Shown: positions 29,541 to 40,400, counted from the stretch's first letter. The stretch: 64,000 nt of DNA from Candidatus Omnitrophota bacterium (GCA_029560465.1 JAKQKX010000016.1:71178-135177), one strand, 5' to 3'. The notes: generated by a model from the sequence alone, not told the origin. Made by a program: numbers and translations.

Positions 29541-31296
29541 AAACAGCTGGTTGAAAAAGGCGGCCCGGAACAGCCGGGCGCTTGCGGTTATCACGATATG
29601 CGCGGTCGGGATTTTAATTTATTCAAATTCTTTGACCGGAGAATTTTGTTTTGACGACCACTCTTTTGTCCTTGACAGCGCCGCGGTGCGGAAAGGGCCC
29701 CTGGATGTCCGGGCGTTGTGGAAAGAGTTTCATGTGCGTTTTATCGTCGGCATGAGTTACGCCCTGAATTATCGGCTCGGAGGGCGGAACGCGCAGGGGT
29801 ACCACGTCCTGAACCTGGTCATCCATCTGCTGACAGCCATAGCGGTGTTTTATTTCATACTCTTCAGTTATGCGACGCCTGTCTTGCGGGAGGCGCGCTC
29901 TCCGGGAAGCGGGCAACACATTGCGTTCTGGGCGGCCATGGTGTTTCTTTGCCATCCGGTTCAGACGCAGGCTGTGTCGTATATCACTCAGAGGGCGTCG
30001 GCCATAGTCACTCTGTTTTATGTCCTGACCTTGATTTTTTATGTCCGGTACAGGCTGACTCACCGTTGGGTGTTCCTCCCCGCCCTGGCGGGCGCCGCGG
30101 GGCTGGGGCTTCTGTCGAAGCAGGGCATGATCACCGCCCCGCTGGTCCTCGCTGTTTACGACCTGTTTTTTTTGGGCGGGCGCGCAATCCGGCCTAGCCG
30201 CGCGGTTAAAGCGTTGGGTTTGTCTCTGGGCGTTTCGTTGCTGCTCCTTGTGTTCGTGCGCCTGGAACCGTCCGGTTCCACATATCAATATCAGGGATTG
30301 GTGAGCTGGGCCCGTTTTGATGCGCGGTATGTTTGGACGGAAATCAACGTGTTGCGGACGTATTTAAGGCTTTTTGTCGTTCCTGTGGCCCAGAATTTTG
30401 ATTATGATTATCCTGTTGCCAGCGGGTTCTTCGAGCCGGCGACTTTCTTTTCATTCTTGTTATTAACGGCGTTGGTGATCGCGGCGTTTCGGTCTTTTCG
30501 CAGGGCTCGGGAAATCAGCTTCTGCGTTTTCTGGTTTTTCGCGACCACGGGCATTGAAGCGCTGTCGGTTATTTTCGGGAACCGGGGCGTGATTTATGAA
30601 CATTGGCTTTATATGCCTATGGCGGGCTTTTCCTGGTTTTTGTCTTACATTGTGTTTGCCGGGGTGAAAACACCGGCCCGTTACCGGCGCATTATGATGA
30701 GTATCATCCTGATTTTAGGGGTGTTGACTTTTCGCCGGAACATGGTTTGGGAAAAGGAATTGTATGTATGGCAAGATGTTTTGAAGAAAGCCCCCCTTAA
30801 TCCCGGCGGATATTTTGCCTTGGGGGAACTTTGCCAGCGCCAGGGCCGGTCTTTCCCCGCGGAAGAATATTACCGAAAAGCCGTGGCCCTTTATTACGCG
30901 CGCAGGCAGCCCTTTGACGCGACGACGAAGGTTCAGTTATCCAGGATTTACAACAACCTGGGCCTGTTGTATCAGGAAAGGGACAACCCGGCATCAGCCG
31001 TTGTGTTTTTTAAAAGGGCGATCCGGGTCAACCCCAATCATGCGAGCCCCTATCATAATCTGGCGATCCTTTTTTACGAATACGGACAGCACCGGAAGGC
31101 CATTGATTTATTGGAGCGGTCGGTCCGGATCCAGGGCCCCACGGAGTACGCCTCCTTGTATCTAGGGCTATCGTATTACGCTTTAGGAGAGGCGGAACAG
31201 GCCCGGGTCTATTTCGGGGACGCGTTGCGGATGTTTTCCGCTTCCGGGAATCCGGAAAAGGCCGAGGAGATCAGGAAATATCTGTCGGCCATGTGA
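29530..31296 (+). CDS. Second TMTC-like GT-C glycosyltransferase with several TPRs
   Basis: FCFDDH, HPVQTQAV-YI-QR, EHWLYMPM, RNMVW, YNNLG/YHNLA TPRs; start at ATG 29530. Confidence 0.85.
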   Translation: MTNENSWLKKAARNSRALAVITICAVGILIYSNSLTGEFCFDDHSFVLDSAAVRKGPLDVRALWKEFHVRFIVGMSYALNYRLGGRNAQGYHVLNLVIHLLTAIAVFYFILFSYATPVLREARSPGSGQHIAFWAAMVFLCHPVQTQAVSYITQRASAIVTLFYVLTLIFYVRYRLTHRWVFLPALAGAAGLGLLSKQGMITAPLVLAVYDLFFLGGRAIRPSRAVKALGLSLGVSLLLLVFVRLEPSGSTYQYQGLVSWARFDARYVWTEINVLRTYLRLFVVPVAQNFDYDYPVASGFFEPATFFSFLLLTALVIAAFRSFRRAREISFCVFWFFATTGIEALSVIFGNRGVIYEHWLYMPMAGFSWFLSYIVFAGVKTPARYRRIMMSIILILGVLTFRRNMVWEKELYVWQDVLKKAPLNPGGYFALGELCQRQGRSFPAEEYYRKAVALYYARRQPFDATTKVQLSRIYNNLGLLYQERDNPASAVVFFKRAIRVNPNHASPYHNLAILFYEYGQHRKAIDLLERSVRIQGPTEYASLYLGLSYYALGEAEQARVYFGDALRMFSASGNPEKAEEIRKYLSAM

Positions 31297-31562
31297 TATT
31301 TGCGTTATCCGGGATCCCTGAAAGCGGAATGAGTGCCGGGGCTTGCAGAAAAATATTCAGGGCGTTTCTGCCGCGGCTGTTTTGTCCTCGTCCGGATGAC
31401 AGATCAAGGGCGGCATGCCAAAATTGTTTTCGACCTTTCCAATGGAAAGTATTTGCACTATAATGGTCAGCGATTATCAGATCATTATCCGGTTAACTTG
31501 CTCAAAAAACTATTCAAAGCGGTGAAGCCTTTTTTCGCCCGGCTTGCCAGAGGTGAATTATA

Positions 31563-32249
31563 ATGAAAAAACGCGTCAGAATTGACTCCAGCCTTCTCTC
31601 TATCGCTGTCCTGTTTACGGTGTTTTTATATCAGTTTCCCCATGTCTATCCGTCCAGCCGCCTGTTGGATAACGCCCTGGATTGGCTGGGTTTCATCGTC
31701 CTCCTGTCCGGGGCGTATATCCGCATGTCCGCCCGCGGTGTCAAGAAAGCGCACTCTCAGCAGGGGGCGGGGCTGGTGAGAAAGGGGTTGTACACGGTGG
31801 TCCGGAACCCGATGTATCTTGGCAGTTTTATGCTGGGGTCGGGGTTTGTCCTGGTCGTGTGGCCCTTCTGGATTCTGCCCGTATTCGCGGTGCTTTTTTA
31901 TTTGCGTTTTAATAAACAGATTGTGTTCGAAGAAAAATGGCTGACCAAAAATTTCGGGGAGGAATATGAAACGTACTGCCGTAAAGTCCCGCGGCTTTTC
32001 CCTTCTTTAAAGAAACTGTGGATAACAAACGCTTCGACGCTGTTCCCGTGGAAAGAGACCTGGAGCACCAAGGAAATCCGGGGCCTCGCATGCTGGCCGA
32101 TTTTGGCTGTGGCCATGGAATCCCTTCAGGAATGGAGGGTGTTCGGTTCTGTTAATATTTTCCGCACGGTCTTGATATTCCTGTCGGCCGCGGCCGTGTT
32201 TTTTATGGTGATGGGGATCCGTTACCGGGACCAACGGGGCCATGCATAA
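31563..32249 (+). CDS. Isoprenylcysteine carboxyl methyltransferase / PEMT family membrane protein
   Basis: LV--G-Y--VRNPMYLG, EE--L---FG-EY--Y---VPR. Confidence 0.88.
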   Translation: MKKRVRIDSSLLSIAVLFTVFLYQFPHVYPSSRLLDNALDWLGFIVLLSGAYIRMSARGVKKAHSQQGAGLVRKGLYTVVRNPMYLGSFMLGSGFVLVVWPFWILPVFAVLFYLRFNKQIVFEEKWLTKNFGEEYETYCRKVPRLFPSLKKLWITNASTLFPWKETWSTKEIRGLACWPILAVAMESLQEWRVFGSVNIFRTVLIFLSAAAVFFMVMGIRYRDQRGHA

Positions 32250-33012
32250 AATTCAACGCACAGTCACGGTTGTCTCTAATAGTAAAGTCTGCCCGCAATA
32301 TTACCGGCTTTCTTTGGACGCCGGCTCCGCCGTGAACGAGGCCCGTCCGGGCCAGTTTATTCATATCCGTGTCACGGACGGTGTGGAGCCGTTTTTCCGG
32401 CGGCCGTTCAGCGTGTTCCGCGCAGCGAAGACTATGGATATTTTGTATGATGTTGTCGGGAAAGGGACGGAAATTTTAAGTTCCCGAAAAAGAGGCGACC
32501 GGCTGGACGTCCTGGGCCCTTTGGGGACGCCGTTTTGTGAGCCGGCGCCGGCCGTCAGGCAGGTTGTGATGATCGCCGGCGGCATCGGGGTTGCGCCGTT
32601 CTTGATTTTTTCAGACTTTCTTAAAAAGAAAAGGGTTGAAAAAATCCTCTTGTACGGGGCGCGGGCGCAGGCGCAGGTTTTTGATTTTAAAGCGTTCCGG
32701 AAGAACGGGGTGGAGGTTTTTGCCTCCACCGAAGACGGCAGCGTCGGCGTGAAGGGACGGGTGACGCGGCTGTTTGGTAAGATCCGGCAAGACCCGCAAA
32801 CAACCATGCTGTATGCCTGCGGGCCCAAGCCGATGCTGGCCGCGGTGCAGGATTTCGCAAAAGGACATCGTCTCCCCGGGCAGGTGTCGTGCGAAGAAGT
32901 GATGGCTTGCGGGCTGGGCGCGTGCCTGGGGTGTTCTATCCCGACGGTTTCCGGGTACAAGACCGTGTGTCATGACGGCCCGGTTTTTGATGTGCACGAA
33001 CCGTGTTTTTAG
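32242..33012 (+). CDS. pyrK: Dihydroorotate dehydrogenase electron transfer subunit
   Basis: PGQF, RRPFS, GPLG, GGIGVAP, CGP-PM, MACGLGACLGC...VCHDGPVF. Confidence 0.96.
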   Translation: MHKIQRTVTVVSNSKVCPQYYRLSLDAGSAVNEARPGQFIHIRVTDGVEPFFRRPFSVFRAAKTMDILYDVVGKGTEILSSRKRGDRLDVLGPLGTPFCEPAPAVRQVVMIAGGIGVAPFLIFSDFLKKKRVEKILLYGARAQAQVFDFKAFRKNGVEVFASTEDGSVGVKGRVTRLFGKIRQDPQTTMLYACGPKPMLAAVQDFAKGHRLPGQVSCEEVMACGLGACLGCSIPTVSGYKTVCHDGPVFDVHEPCF

Positions 33013-33019
33013 GGGGGCC

Positions 33020-33385
33020 ATGAGCATGACATATTTTTTGTACGTATTAATCGGACTTCTGGCTGGCGCGTTCAGCGGGTTTTTCGGAATCGGCGGGGCG
33101 ACCATTTTGATCCCCATTTTTGTCCTGATGTTCGGGATGTCCCAGCACCAGGCCCAGGGCACGACGCTGGCCGTGCTTCTTCCGCCGGTTTTTATTTTTG
33201 CGGTGATGGAATATTACCAGCACGGGTATATCAAAGTCAAGATGGCGTTGATCATTGCGTTGGCGTTTTCTGCCGGGGCGTATGCCGGCGCTCACTTGGT
33301 TCAGGGCGTGGGCGATGTGGCGTTAAAAAGGGCGTTTGGGATTTTATTGATGATCATGGGATTAAGGATGCTATTAGTTAAGTAA
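33020..33385 (+). CDS. Half-size TauE/SafE (TSUP) family transporter
   Basis: G--SG-FGIGG---IP, SQH-AQGT-LA, LKR-FG; about 120 aa. Confidence 0.85.
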   Translation: MSMTYFLYVLIGLLAGAFSGFFGIGGATILIPIFVLMFGMSQHQAQGTTLAVLLPPVFIFAVMEYYQHGYIKVKMALIIALAFSAGAYAGAHLVQGVGDVALKRAFGILLMIMGLRMLLVK

Positions 33386-33387
33386 GA

Positions 33388-33478
33388 GTGCCAGGAGCCG
33401 GTTGCGTTCAAGCGACGCCGGTTCCCTGAATTAGAAGAAATGAACCGGCGTCTAATTCACTTAACCGGCTCCCGGTAC
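33388..33478. repeat. Nested inverted-repeat (REP-like) element
   Basis: gtgccaggagccggtt/aaccggctcccggtac outer arms; gacgccggttc/gaaccggcgtc and tgaattaga/tctaattca inner arms. Confidence 0.7.
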
Positions 33479-33560
33479 CCTGGGTGAGCCACGTGACATT
33501 TTGGCTGAAAACCCTGTATACATAGTTGTCAGGATTTCTTTTGCAGAATGAGAGAATATC

Positions 33561-34469
33561 ATGAACCTTACGGTAAAAATCGGCAGCGCGGTGTTCCCTA
33601 ATCCGGTCACGGTGGCCTCCGGCACGTTCGGGCACGCGAAGAAATATTATGACCTGCAGGAAGTCCAACAGCTCGGGGCGTTGATTCCGAAAACCGTGAC
33701 CCTGTTGCCCCAGGAAGGGAACCCGCCGCCGCGCATAGCGGAAACGGCCGCCGGGATGCTCAACGCGATCGGGATTGAGAATCCCGGTGTGGATGTTTTT
33801 ATTGAGAAGGACCTCCCGGCCCTGAAAAAAATTCCGGTGCCCTTGATTGTCAGCGTTTTGGGGCATTCGGAGGAGCAATTTTTAAAGATCACGGAGAAAC
33901 TGAACGCGGCCGGAGGGATCAGTGCTTTGGAATTGAACCTGTCGTGCCCTAATCTGCAAAAGAAAAATTTAGTCGCCCAGGACGCGGGCGCGACCTCCTC
34001 TTTGGTGCAGAAGGTCAAGAAGATATCCCGCTATCCTGTGATTGCCAAGCTTTCTCCCAACGTTACGGATATCACGGTGATCGCCGTGGCCGCGCAAGAC
34101 GCCGGGGCGGACGGGGTCAGTCTGATCAATACTTTGACCGGCATGCTGATCAACACGCGCACCCGCAGGCCGGTTCTCGGCAATGTTACGGGCGGGTTAA
34201 GCGGGCCGGCGATCAAGCCGGTGGCGTTGAACATGGTGTATCAGGCCGCGAAAAAAGTCAAGATCCCGGTTATCGCCATGGGCGGGATTATGACTGCGGA
34301 TGACGCTTTGCAATTTATCATGGCGGGCGCGTCCATGACCGCGGTGGGAACAGGCAATTTTGTCAACCCGCGCGCGCCGCTGGATGTTTTACAGGGCATA
34401 AAGGCGTATATGAAAAAACATAAAATTAACGATATCGTTCAACTGCGGGGGAGCCTGATCCTCCCATGA
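33561..34469 (+). CDS. pyrD: Dihydroorotate dehydrogenase family 1B catalytic subunit
   Basis: ASGTFG, GNP-PRI-ET, ELNLSCPN, KLSPNVTDI, GGLSGPAIKP. Confidence 0.97.
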   Translation: MNLTVKIGSAVFPNPVTVASGTFGHAKKYYDLQEVQQLGALIPKTVTLLPQEGNPPPRIAETAAGMLNAIGIENPGVDVFIEKDLPALKKIPVPLIVSVLGHSEEQFLKITEKLNAAGGISALELNLSCPNLQKKNLVAQDAGATSSLVQKVKKISRYPVIAKLSPNVTDITVIAVAAQDAGADGVSLINTLTGMLINTRTRRPVLGNVTGGLSGPAIKPVALNMVYQAAKKVKIPVIAMGGIMTADDALQFIMAGASMTAVGTGNFVNPRAPLDVLQGIKAYMKKHKINDIVQLRGSLILP

Positions 34470-35221
34470 AAGAACCGGCGGAAAAACCACAATTGATCGT
34501 GGCCCTTGATGTGAACACCCTGGAAGAGGTGCGCTCTTTGGTGGTCCAACTGGATGATTACGTGGACTGTTTCAAAGTCGGCAGCCAGCTTTTTACGTCC
34601 TGCGGGCCGGCGGCCGTCCGGTTTATCGAAGCGCGAGGCAAACGGGTTTTCCTGGATTTGAAATTCCATGATATCCCTCATACTGTCGCCCGCGCCGTGG
34701 ATGCGGCCTGCCGCCTGCATGTCGCTATCGAACGAAGCATGAATTCTTGTGAGCCGCAAAAGCCCCGGCATAAGGGGCTGTTTATGTACACTTTGCATAC
34801 GTCCGGTGGGGTTGAGATGCTTAAAGCGGCGGTTGAAGCCGGTGCGAAAGCGGCTCTCGAAATTGATGTTCCGAAACCGCTGGCTATCGGCGTAACTGTC
34901 TTGACAAGTGAACAGAAAACGGATAATATACTCCCTCAAGTTTTGCAGAAAGCGCAAGACGCCCGGAAGGCGGGATGTGACGGGGTTGTGGCGTCTTGTC
35001 ATGAGGCGCCGTTTATACGTCGGGAATTCGGGCCGGATTTTATTATCGTAACCCCCGGTATCCGGCCGGCCGGGGAAGATGTGCAGGACCAAAAAAGAAT
35101 CGCGACACCCAGGGACGCTGTCGCCAGCGGTAGCAATTTTCTGGTTATCGGCCGGCCGATCATTAAGGCGCTGGATCCCCGCCTGGCCACAAAACAAATC
35201 TTGCACGACATACACTCTTGA
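34466..35221 (+). CDS. pyrF: Orotidine-5'-phosphate decarboxylase
   Basis: LIVALD, FLDLKFHDIP-TV, VTVLTS, TPGIRP, DQKR, GRPI. Confidence 0.97.
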   Translation: MKEPAEKPQLIVALDVNTLEEVRSLVVQLDDYVDCFKVGSQLFTSCGPAAVRFIEARGKRVFLDLKFHDIPHTVARAVDAACRLHVAIERSMNSCEPQKPRHKGLFMYTLHTSGGVEMLKAAVEAGAKAALEIDVPKPLAIGVTVLTSEQKTDNILPQVLQKAQDARKAGCDGVVASCHEAPFIRREFGPDFIIVTPGIRPAGEDVQDQKRIATPRDAVASGSNFLVIGRPIIKALDPRLATKQILHDIHS

Positions 35222-35371
35222 CAATTTTTAACAGGCATGACAGGGCACCGGGGATGCTGGTCTCGCGCATGCTTTTAAATTCTAATAATTTTAGTTCCCG
35301 GGGATATTAGGAAGAAAAAGCAGGGGGACCAGAGCTTCTTTTTATGTCATTTTATTAACCGGAGAAAAAAT

Positions 35372-35986
35372 ATGACGGAACGGATTCAGGAATTACTAGA
35401 CAAAATAAAAAACGAAGGCATTGAGGTGGCGGAAGCCAAAGCCCGGGATATCGAGGCGCGGGCGCAAACACGTGCGGGCGACATTGTGGCCCGGGCCCAA
35501 GAGGAAGCCGCCCGGATTGTGTCGGGGGCCAAGACGGAAAGCCAGAAGACGAAAGACGTGGTTGAGGTCGCTTTAAAACAGGCGTCCCGGGACATGTTGC
35601 TGCGTTTGCGGAAAGAAATAACTAAAACCCTCGAAGGCATTGTATTGAAGGACCTGCGCGAAAGCCTTTCTCCCGAGGTTATGGTCAGCTTGATCCAGAA
35701 GATCGCCGCGGCGTACTTTAATAATGCGCAAGCCGGGGATATCCAGGTGGCCTTAAGCGGAGAGGATTTGAAAAAGCTGGAGAACGGGTTTTTAGCCAAG
35801 CTGAAAGGCGCGCTGAAACAGCCGTTAGTCTTGAGATCGGCGGATAATATCCGCGCCGGGTTCACGATCAGTTTTGATCAGGGGAAATCCTGTTTTGATT
35901 TTACGGATGAAAGCCTCGCGGAATTTTTAGGCCAGTATCTAAATGAACACGTCACCAAGATTTTAAAAGAATCGTTGAAAGCATAA
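35372..35986 (+). CDS. ntpE: V-type ATP synthase subunit E
   Basis: IQELLDKIK-EG, helical N-terminus, GF-I...DFTDE; first gene of the operon. Confidence 0.88.
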   Translation: MTERIQELLDKIKNEGIEVAEAKARDIEARAQTRAGDIVARAQEEAARIVSGAKTESQKTKDVVEVALKQASRDMLLRLRKEITKTLEGIVLKDLRESLSPEVMVSLIQKIAAAYFNNAQAGDIQVALSGEDLKKLENGFLAKLKGALKQPLVLRSADNIRAGFTISFDQGKSCFDFTDESLAEFLGQYLNEHVTKILKESLKA

Positions 35987-35996
35987 ATAAGGATTT

Positions 35997-36536
35997 ATGT
36001 ATTACTATTTCGCCGCCAGTTTGCCTTATCTTGAATACGGGGTTTGTTGTGTGACAAGCCTGGATGCTTTTTTGGAAGCGGCGGGGCGGCTGCTTTCCCG
36101 GAACGATTATGCGCTTATCGAGCAGGCATTGTCCGTGGAAAAAGGGGGCGTGGTTTCGGACGGCGGGCATCGGGTGATCCGCGCATGGCAGGCGTTCATG
36201 CAGGCCCTGCGGAATCAATGGGTGACGGCGAGGGCTGCCCAGTTTAAGAAAGACCCGGCGTCTTTTATGCGCGGAGAACGCGGCGCGGAACCCGCGGTCA
36301 TCGAGGCGGTCTCCCGGGCGCAGAAAGCCGCTGACCCGCTGGAGGCGGAAAAAATCATTGATCAGCTGCGTTGGGCTAAACTTGAGGAAATCGGGCAGGG
36401 CCGGTTTTTTAACCTGGATTTTTTGATTGTTTACGCGCTCAAGCTGCAGATCCTCAGGCGGCTGGAACGCATTGATTCGGTGCAAGGAGAACATATTTTT
36501 AATGAATATTGCTCAACCGTGTCCCGGTTGAGGTGA
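35997..36536 (+). CDS. DUF2764 family (V-ATPase subunit C-like)
   Basis: YYY--ASLP-L, PLE-E---D-LRW--LEE, FN-D-L--Y-LKL-I; position between E and A. Confidence 0.85.
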   Translation: MYYYFAASLPYLEYGVCCVTSLDAFLEAAGRLLSRNDYALIEQALSVEKGGVVSDGGHRVIRAWQAFMQALRNQWVTARAAQFKKDPASFMRGERGAEPAVIEAVSRAQKAADPLEAEKIIDQLRWAKLEEIGQGRFFNLDFLIVYALKLQILRRLERIDSVQGEHIFNEYCSTVSRLR

Positions 36537-36618
36537 GGCGGCGTTTATAGAGACGGTTTTTCAGGCTTGACCGTGGGAATATTCCGGCGGGCCTGTTTAA
36601 GAAACGGAGGAAAAGAGC

Positions 36619-38370
36619 GTGAGCGGACCAAGGACCGGACAGGTCATAGGAGTGAACGGGAATATGGTCGCGGTGGTTTTCAGCGACCGCGTGATGCAGA
36701 ATGAAGTGGCCTATGTGATCGTGGGATCAGAACGGCTTAAGGCCGAGGTCATTCGGGTCAAGGGCAAGCGCGCGGACCTGCAGGTGTTTGAAGACACCCA
36801 GGATATCCGCGTTCATGATACGGTTGAGTTTACCGGTGAGCTCTTGAGCGTGGAATTGGGGCCGGGGCTTCTGACCCAGGTTTTTGACGGGCTGCAGAAC
36901 CCGTTGCCGGAGTTGGCGAAGCAATTCGGATTCTTCCTTCAACGCGGCGCTTACCTGACCGCGCTGGACGCCGAACAGCGCTGGGAATTCACGCCTGCTG
37001 TTAAAGTCGGCGATAAAGTGCTGGCCGGGGAGAAGCTTGGGACTGTTCCGGAAAAAATTTTTCAGCACTGGATTATGGCGCCGTTTAACCTGCCCGGAGA
37101 GCTGGACGTGGCCGGGATCGTCCCCAAGGGGTCTTACAAGATGAAAGACACGGTCGCCCGGCTTAAAGACAGCCAGGGCAAGGAGCATTCCGTCACGATG
37201 AGACAGCTCTGGCCGGTGAAAGTGCCGATCACCGCCTACGTTAAAAAGATTAAGCCCACCCAGCCGCTGGTAACGCAGATCCGTATCATTGACACGCTGG
37301 TGCCAGTCGCGGTCGGCGGCACGTTTTGCACGCCGGGGCCGTTTGGCGCGGGCAAGACCGTGTTGCAGCATTTGATCAGCCGGCACGCGGACGTGGATAT
37401 CGTCGTGGTGGCCGCATGCGGGGAGCGGGCCGGGGAAGTCGTGGAGCTTCTTAAAGAGTTTCCTGAGCTGAAAGACCCTAAGACCGGCCAGACTCTGATG
37501 GACCGGACCGTGATTATTTGCAACACCAGCTCCATGCCTGTGGCCGCCCGGGAGTCCAGCGTGTACACCGCCGTGACCCTGGCGGAATATTACCGGCAGA
37601 TGGGGTTGAATGTTCTTCTGTTGGCCGACTCGACGTCACGATGGGCCCAGGCCATGCGGGAAATGTCCGGCCGCCTGGAGGAAATCCCCGGTGAAGAAGC
37701 GTTCCCGGCGTACCTCGAGACCCGGATCGCGTCTTTTTATGAGCGGGCCGGCCTGGTGCAGCTGCACAATGGCGGGCGGGGCTCGGTCACGATCGGCGGG
37801 GCCGTGTCCCCGGCGGGAGGGAATTTTGAAGAGCCGGTCACCCAGGCGACCTTGAAGGTGGTGGGCGCGTTTCACGGGCTGTCCCGGGACAGGGCGAATG
37901 CCCGGCGTTATCCGGCCATCGACCCTTTGGACAGCTGGAGCAAATATCAAAGTTTTATCGACGGGTCTAAAGTCCGGAAAGGCGTCGCGATCCTGCGCAA
38001 GGCGAACAATGTTTCGCAGATGATGAAAGTCATCGGCGAGGAAGGGACCACCATCGAGGAATTCGTGGATTACCTGAAAGGTGAGTTTTTTGACGCGGTC
38101 TACCTTCAGCAGAACGCGTTCGATCCCCAGGATGAGGCGACCTCGGCCGACCGGCAGGCGTATGTGTTTGACATCATGGAAGCGATCCTGGACCAGCGGT
38201 TTGAATTTCCGGATAAAACCGAAGCCCGGCGCTTTTTTCAGGATTTAAGGCAAAAATTTCTCAACTGGAATTCAACGGCGTTTCAAGGTGATGAGTTTAA
38301 GAACATTGAAGCCGGAATTAAACGCCAACTGTCCGGGGACGAGCGTCTTCAGGCAACAGAAAAGAAGTGA
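36619..38370 (+). CDS. ntpA: V-type ATP synthase subunit A
   Basis: GPFGAGKT Walker [37 protein letters not shown]. Confidence 0.98.
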   Translation: MSGPRTGQVIGVNGNMVAVVFSDRVMQNEVAYVIVGSERLKAEVIRVKGKRADLQVFEDTQDIRVHDTVEFTGELLSVELGPGLLTQVFDGLQNPLPELAKQFGFFLQRGAYLTALDAEQRWEFTPAVKVGDKVLAGEKLGTVPEKIFQHWIMAPFNLPGELDVAGIVPKGSYKMKDTVARLKDSQGKEHSVTMRQLWPVKVPITAYVKKIKPTQPLVTQIRIIDTLVPVAVGGTFCTPGPFGAGKTVLQHLISRHADVDIVVVAACGERAGEVVELLKEFPELKDPKTGQTLMDRTVIICNTSSMPVAARESSVYTAVTLAEYYRQMGLNVLLLADSTSRWAQAMREMSGRLEEIPGEEAFPAYLETRIASFYERAGLVQLHNGGRGSVTIGGAVSPAGGNFEEPVTQATLKVVGAFHGLSRDRANARRYPAIDPLDSWSKYQSFIDGSKVRKGVAILRKANNVSQMMKVIGEEGTTIEEFVDYLKGEFFDAVYLQQNAFDPQDEATSADRQAYVFDIMEAILDQRFEFPDKTEARRFFQDLRQKFLNWNSTAFQGDEFKNIEAGIKRQLSGDERLQATEKK

Positions 38371-38381
38371 GGTCAGGTGCG

Positions 38382-39695
38382 ATGCAAAAGGTTTACAGTC
38401 AGATCCTGCAGATCGCAGGCGATGTTATAACCGTGGAAGCGGAAGGCGTGGCCTACCGGGAGCTCGCGGAAATCCAGTCGCGCAGGGGCATGTCGATGGC
38501 CCAGGTGATTCGTCTGGATGGGAACAGGGTGTCTCTTCAGGTTTTGGCCGGCAGCCGCGGTCTTTCCACGGACGATAAAGTGCGGTTTTTGAAGCACCCT
38601 ATGCGGGTGTCTTTCTCGGATAACCTTCTCGGCCGCATTTTTAACGGCAGCGGCGTGCCGCGTGACGGCGGGCCCTCCCTGGATGAGAACATGATCAATA
38701 TCGGCGGGCCTTCGGTCAACCCGTCCAAGCGTGTTGTGCCGCGCAACATGATCCGCACCGGGATCCCGATGATCGACATTTTTAACAGCCTGGTGGAATC
38801 GCAGAAACTGCTGATCTTTTCCGTGGCAGGGGAGCCGTATAACCCGCTTTTGGCGCGGATCGCCCTGCAGGCGGAAGTTGACCTGATCGTGCTCGGCGGC
38901 ATGGGCCTGAAATACGACGATTTTCTTTTTTTTAAAGACACCCTGGAACAGCACGGGTCCCTGTCCCATTCGGTGATGTTTATTCACACGGCCGCTGACC
39001 CGACGGTCGAATGCCTGCTTGTGCCGGACATGAGCCTGGCGGTGGCCGAACAGTTCGCTTTGGCTGGGAAACGGGTCCTGGTCCTTTTGACCGATATGAC
39101 CAACTTTGCCGACGCGTTGAAAGAAGTTTCCATCACCATGGAACAGATTCCGTCCAACCGCGGGTATCCTGGCGATTTATACAGCCAATTGGCCGCCCGT
39201 TATGAAAAGGCCGTGGATTTTGATACCGCTGGATCCATCACTGTCTTGTCGGTGACGACCATGCCCGGTGATGACGTGACCCACCCGGTGCCGGATAATA
39301 CCGGGTATATCACCGAGGGGCAGTTTTACCTGAAAAACGGGCGCATTGAGCCGTTCGGAAGTTTGAGCCGATTGAAACAGCAGGTGAACGGCCGCACCCG
39401 CGGCGACCACCGCACGATTATGGACCGGATGATCCAGCTGTTCGCTGATTATCGTTCAACGCTGGAGAAAAAGTCGATGGGCTTTGAAATGAGCCCCTGG
39501 GACGACAAGCTTTTAAAATACGGGCAGCGGTTTGAACGGGAATTGATGGACTTAAGCGTGAACATTCCTCTCGAGGCGGCGCTGGATTTGGGGTGGCGCA
39601 TCCTGGCGGATATTTTTGAGCCGGCGGAAACCGGCATTAAGGAATCATTATTGAAGCAGTTCTGGCCGAAACCCGCCGCAGTGCCCGCGTCCTAG
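38382..39695 (+). CDS. ntpB: V-type ATP synthase subunit B
   Basis: [38 protein letters not shown]. Confidence 0.98.
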   Translation: MQKVYSQILQIAGDVITVEAEGVAYRELAEIQSRRGMSMAQVIRLDGNRVSLQVLAGSRGLSTDDKVRFLKHPMRVSFSDNLLGRIFNGSGVPRDGGPSLDENMINIGGPSVNPSKRVVPRNMIRTGIPMIDIFNSLVESQKLLIFSVAGEPYNPLLARIALQAEVDLIVLGGMGLKYDDFLFFKDTLEQHGSLSHSVMFIHTAADPTVECLLVPDMSLAVAEQFALAGKRVLVLLTDMTNFADALKEVSITMEQIPSNRGYPGDLYSQLAARYEKAVDFDTAGSITVLSVTTMPGDDVTHPVPDNTGYITEGQFYLKNGRIEPFGSLSRLKQQVNGRTRGDHRTIMDRMIQLFADYRSTLEKKSMGFEMSPWDDKLLKYGQRFERELMDLSVNIPLEAALDLGWRILADIFEPAETGIKESLLKQFWPKPAAVPAS

Positions 39696-39743
39696 TGGGC
39701 CTGGCGTAAATGTGACGGAGGCGGTGTTTAAAGAAAGTGGTAT

Positions 39744-40382
39744 ATGGGAAAGATCAAGCTCACAAAAGGCGAGCTGAAACGCCAGCGCGACGGGTTAAAG
39801 CAGTTTCAGCATTATCTGCCGACCCTGCAGCTCAAGAAACAGCAGCTTCAGATGAAAATTCTGGAAGCCAGCCGGGCGCTTGAGGCGAAGGACGCATCGT
39901 TGGCCGAGCAACGGCGGGCGATGAGCCGCTGGGTGGGGCTTTTGGCCGACCCGATGATGCTGGAGAGCATGGATTTTAAAGAATGGCTTATCCCTTCTCC
40001 GGAAGATGTGAGCATCGAAACGTTGAACATCGCCGGGGCGGACATGCCGGTTTTAAAGGACGTCCGTTTTAAGGATGTGGATTATGATTTGTACCTGACG
40101 CCGTTTTGGGTGGATCAGGGGCTGGCGGTCATGCGGCGGTTTGTCCGGGATGACATAGAGGCCGGGATCATCAGGGAACAGATCAGGATCCTGCAGAAGG
40201 AGCTGCGCGTGACGACCCAGCGGGTGAATTTGTTTGAAAAAGTGAAGATCCCGGAATGCCTGGAGAATATCCGGGTGATCCGTATTTACCTCGGCGACCA
40301 GCAGGCGAACGCCGTGGGGATCAGCAAAGTGGCCAAGAAGAAAATCGAGGTCATGGCCCAGCTTGAGGCCGTGACGGCATAA
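39744..40382 (+). CDS. ntpD: V-type ATP synthase subunit D
   Basis: TK-EL, YLPTLQLKK, ELR-TTQRVNLFEKV-IP. Confidence 0.96.
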   Translation: MGKIKLTKGELKRQRDGLKQFQHYLPTLQLKKQQLQMKILEASRALEAKDASLAEQRRAMSRWVGLLADPMMLESMDFKEWLIPSPEDVSIETLNIAGADMPVLKDVRFKDVDYDLYLTPFWVDQGLAVMRRFVRDDIEAGIIREQIRILQKELRVTTQRVNLFEKVKIPECLENIRVIRIYLGDQQANAVGISKVAKKKIEVMAQLEAVTA

Positions 40383-40400
40383 GGATTTCAAGGAAACGTT

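Noticed and set aside
27265-31562. Integrative element at tRNA-Arg
   Set aside because: No integrase and no duplicated tRNA 3' end found downstream.
31333-31563. 76-aa ORF before ICMT
   Set aside because: No RBS or motif; the region looks like a promoter spacer containing TATAAT.
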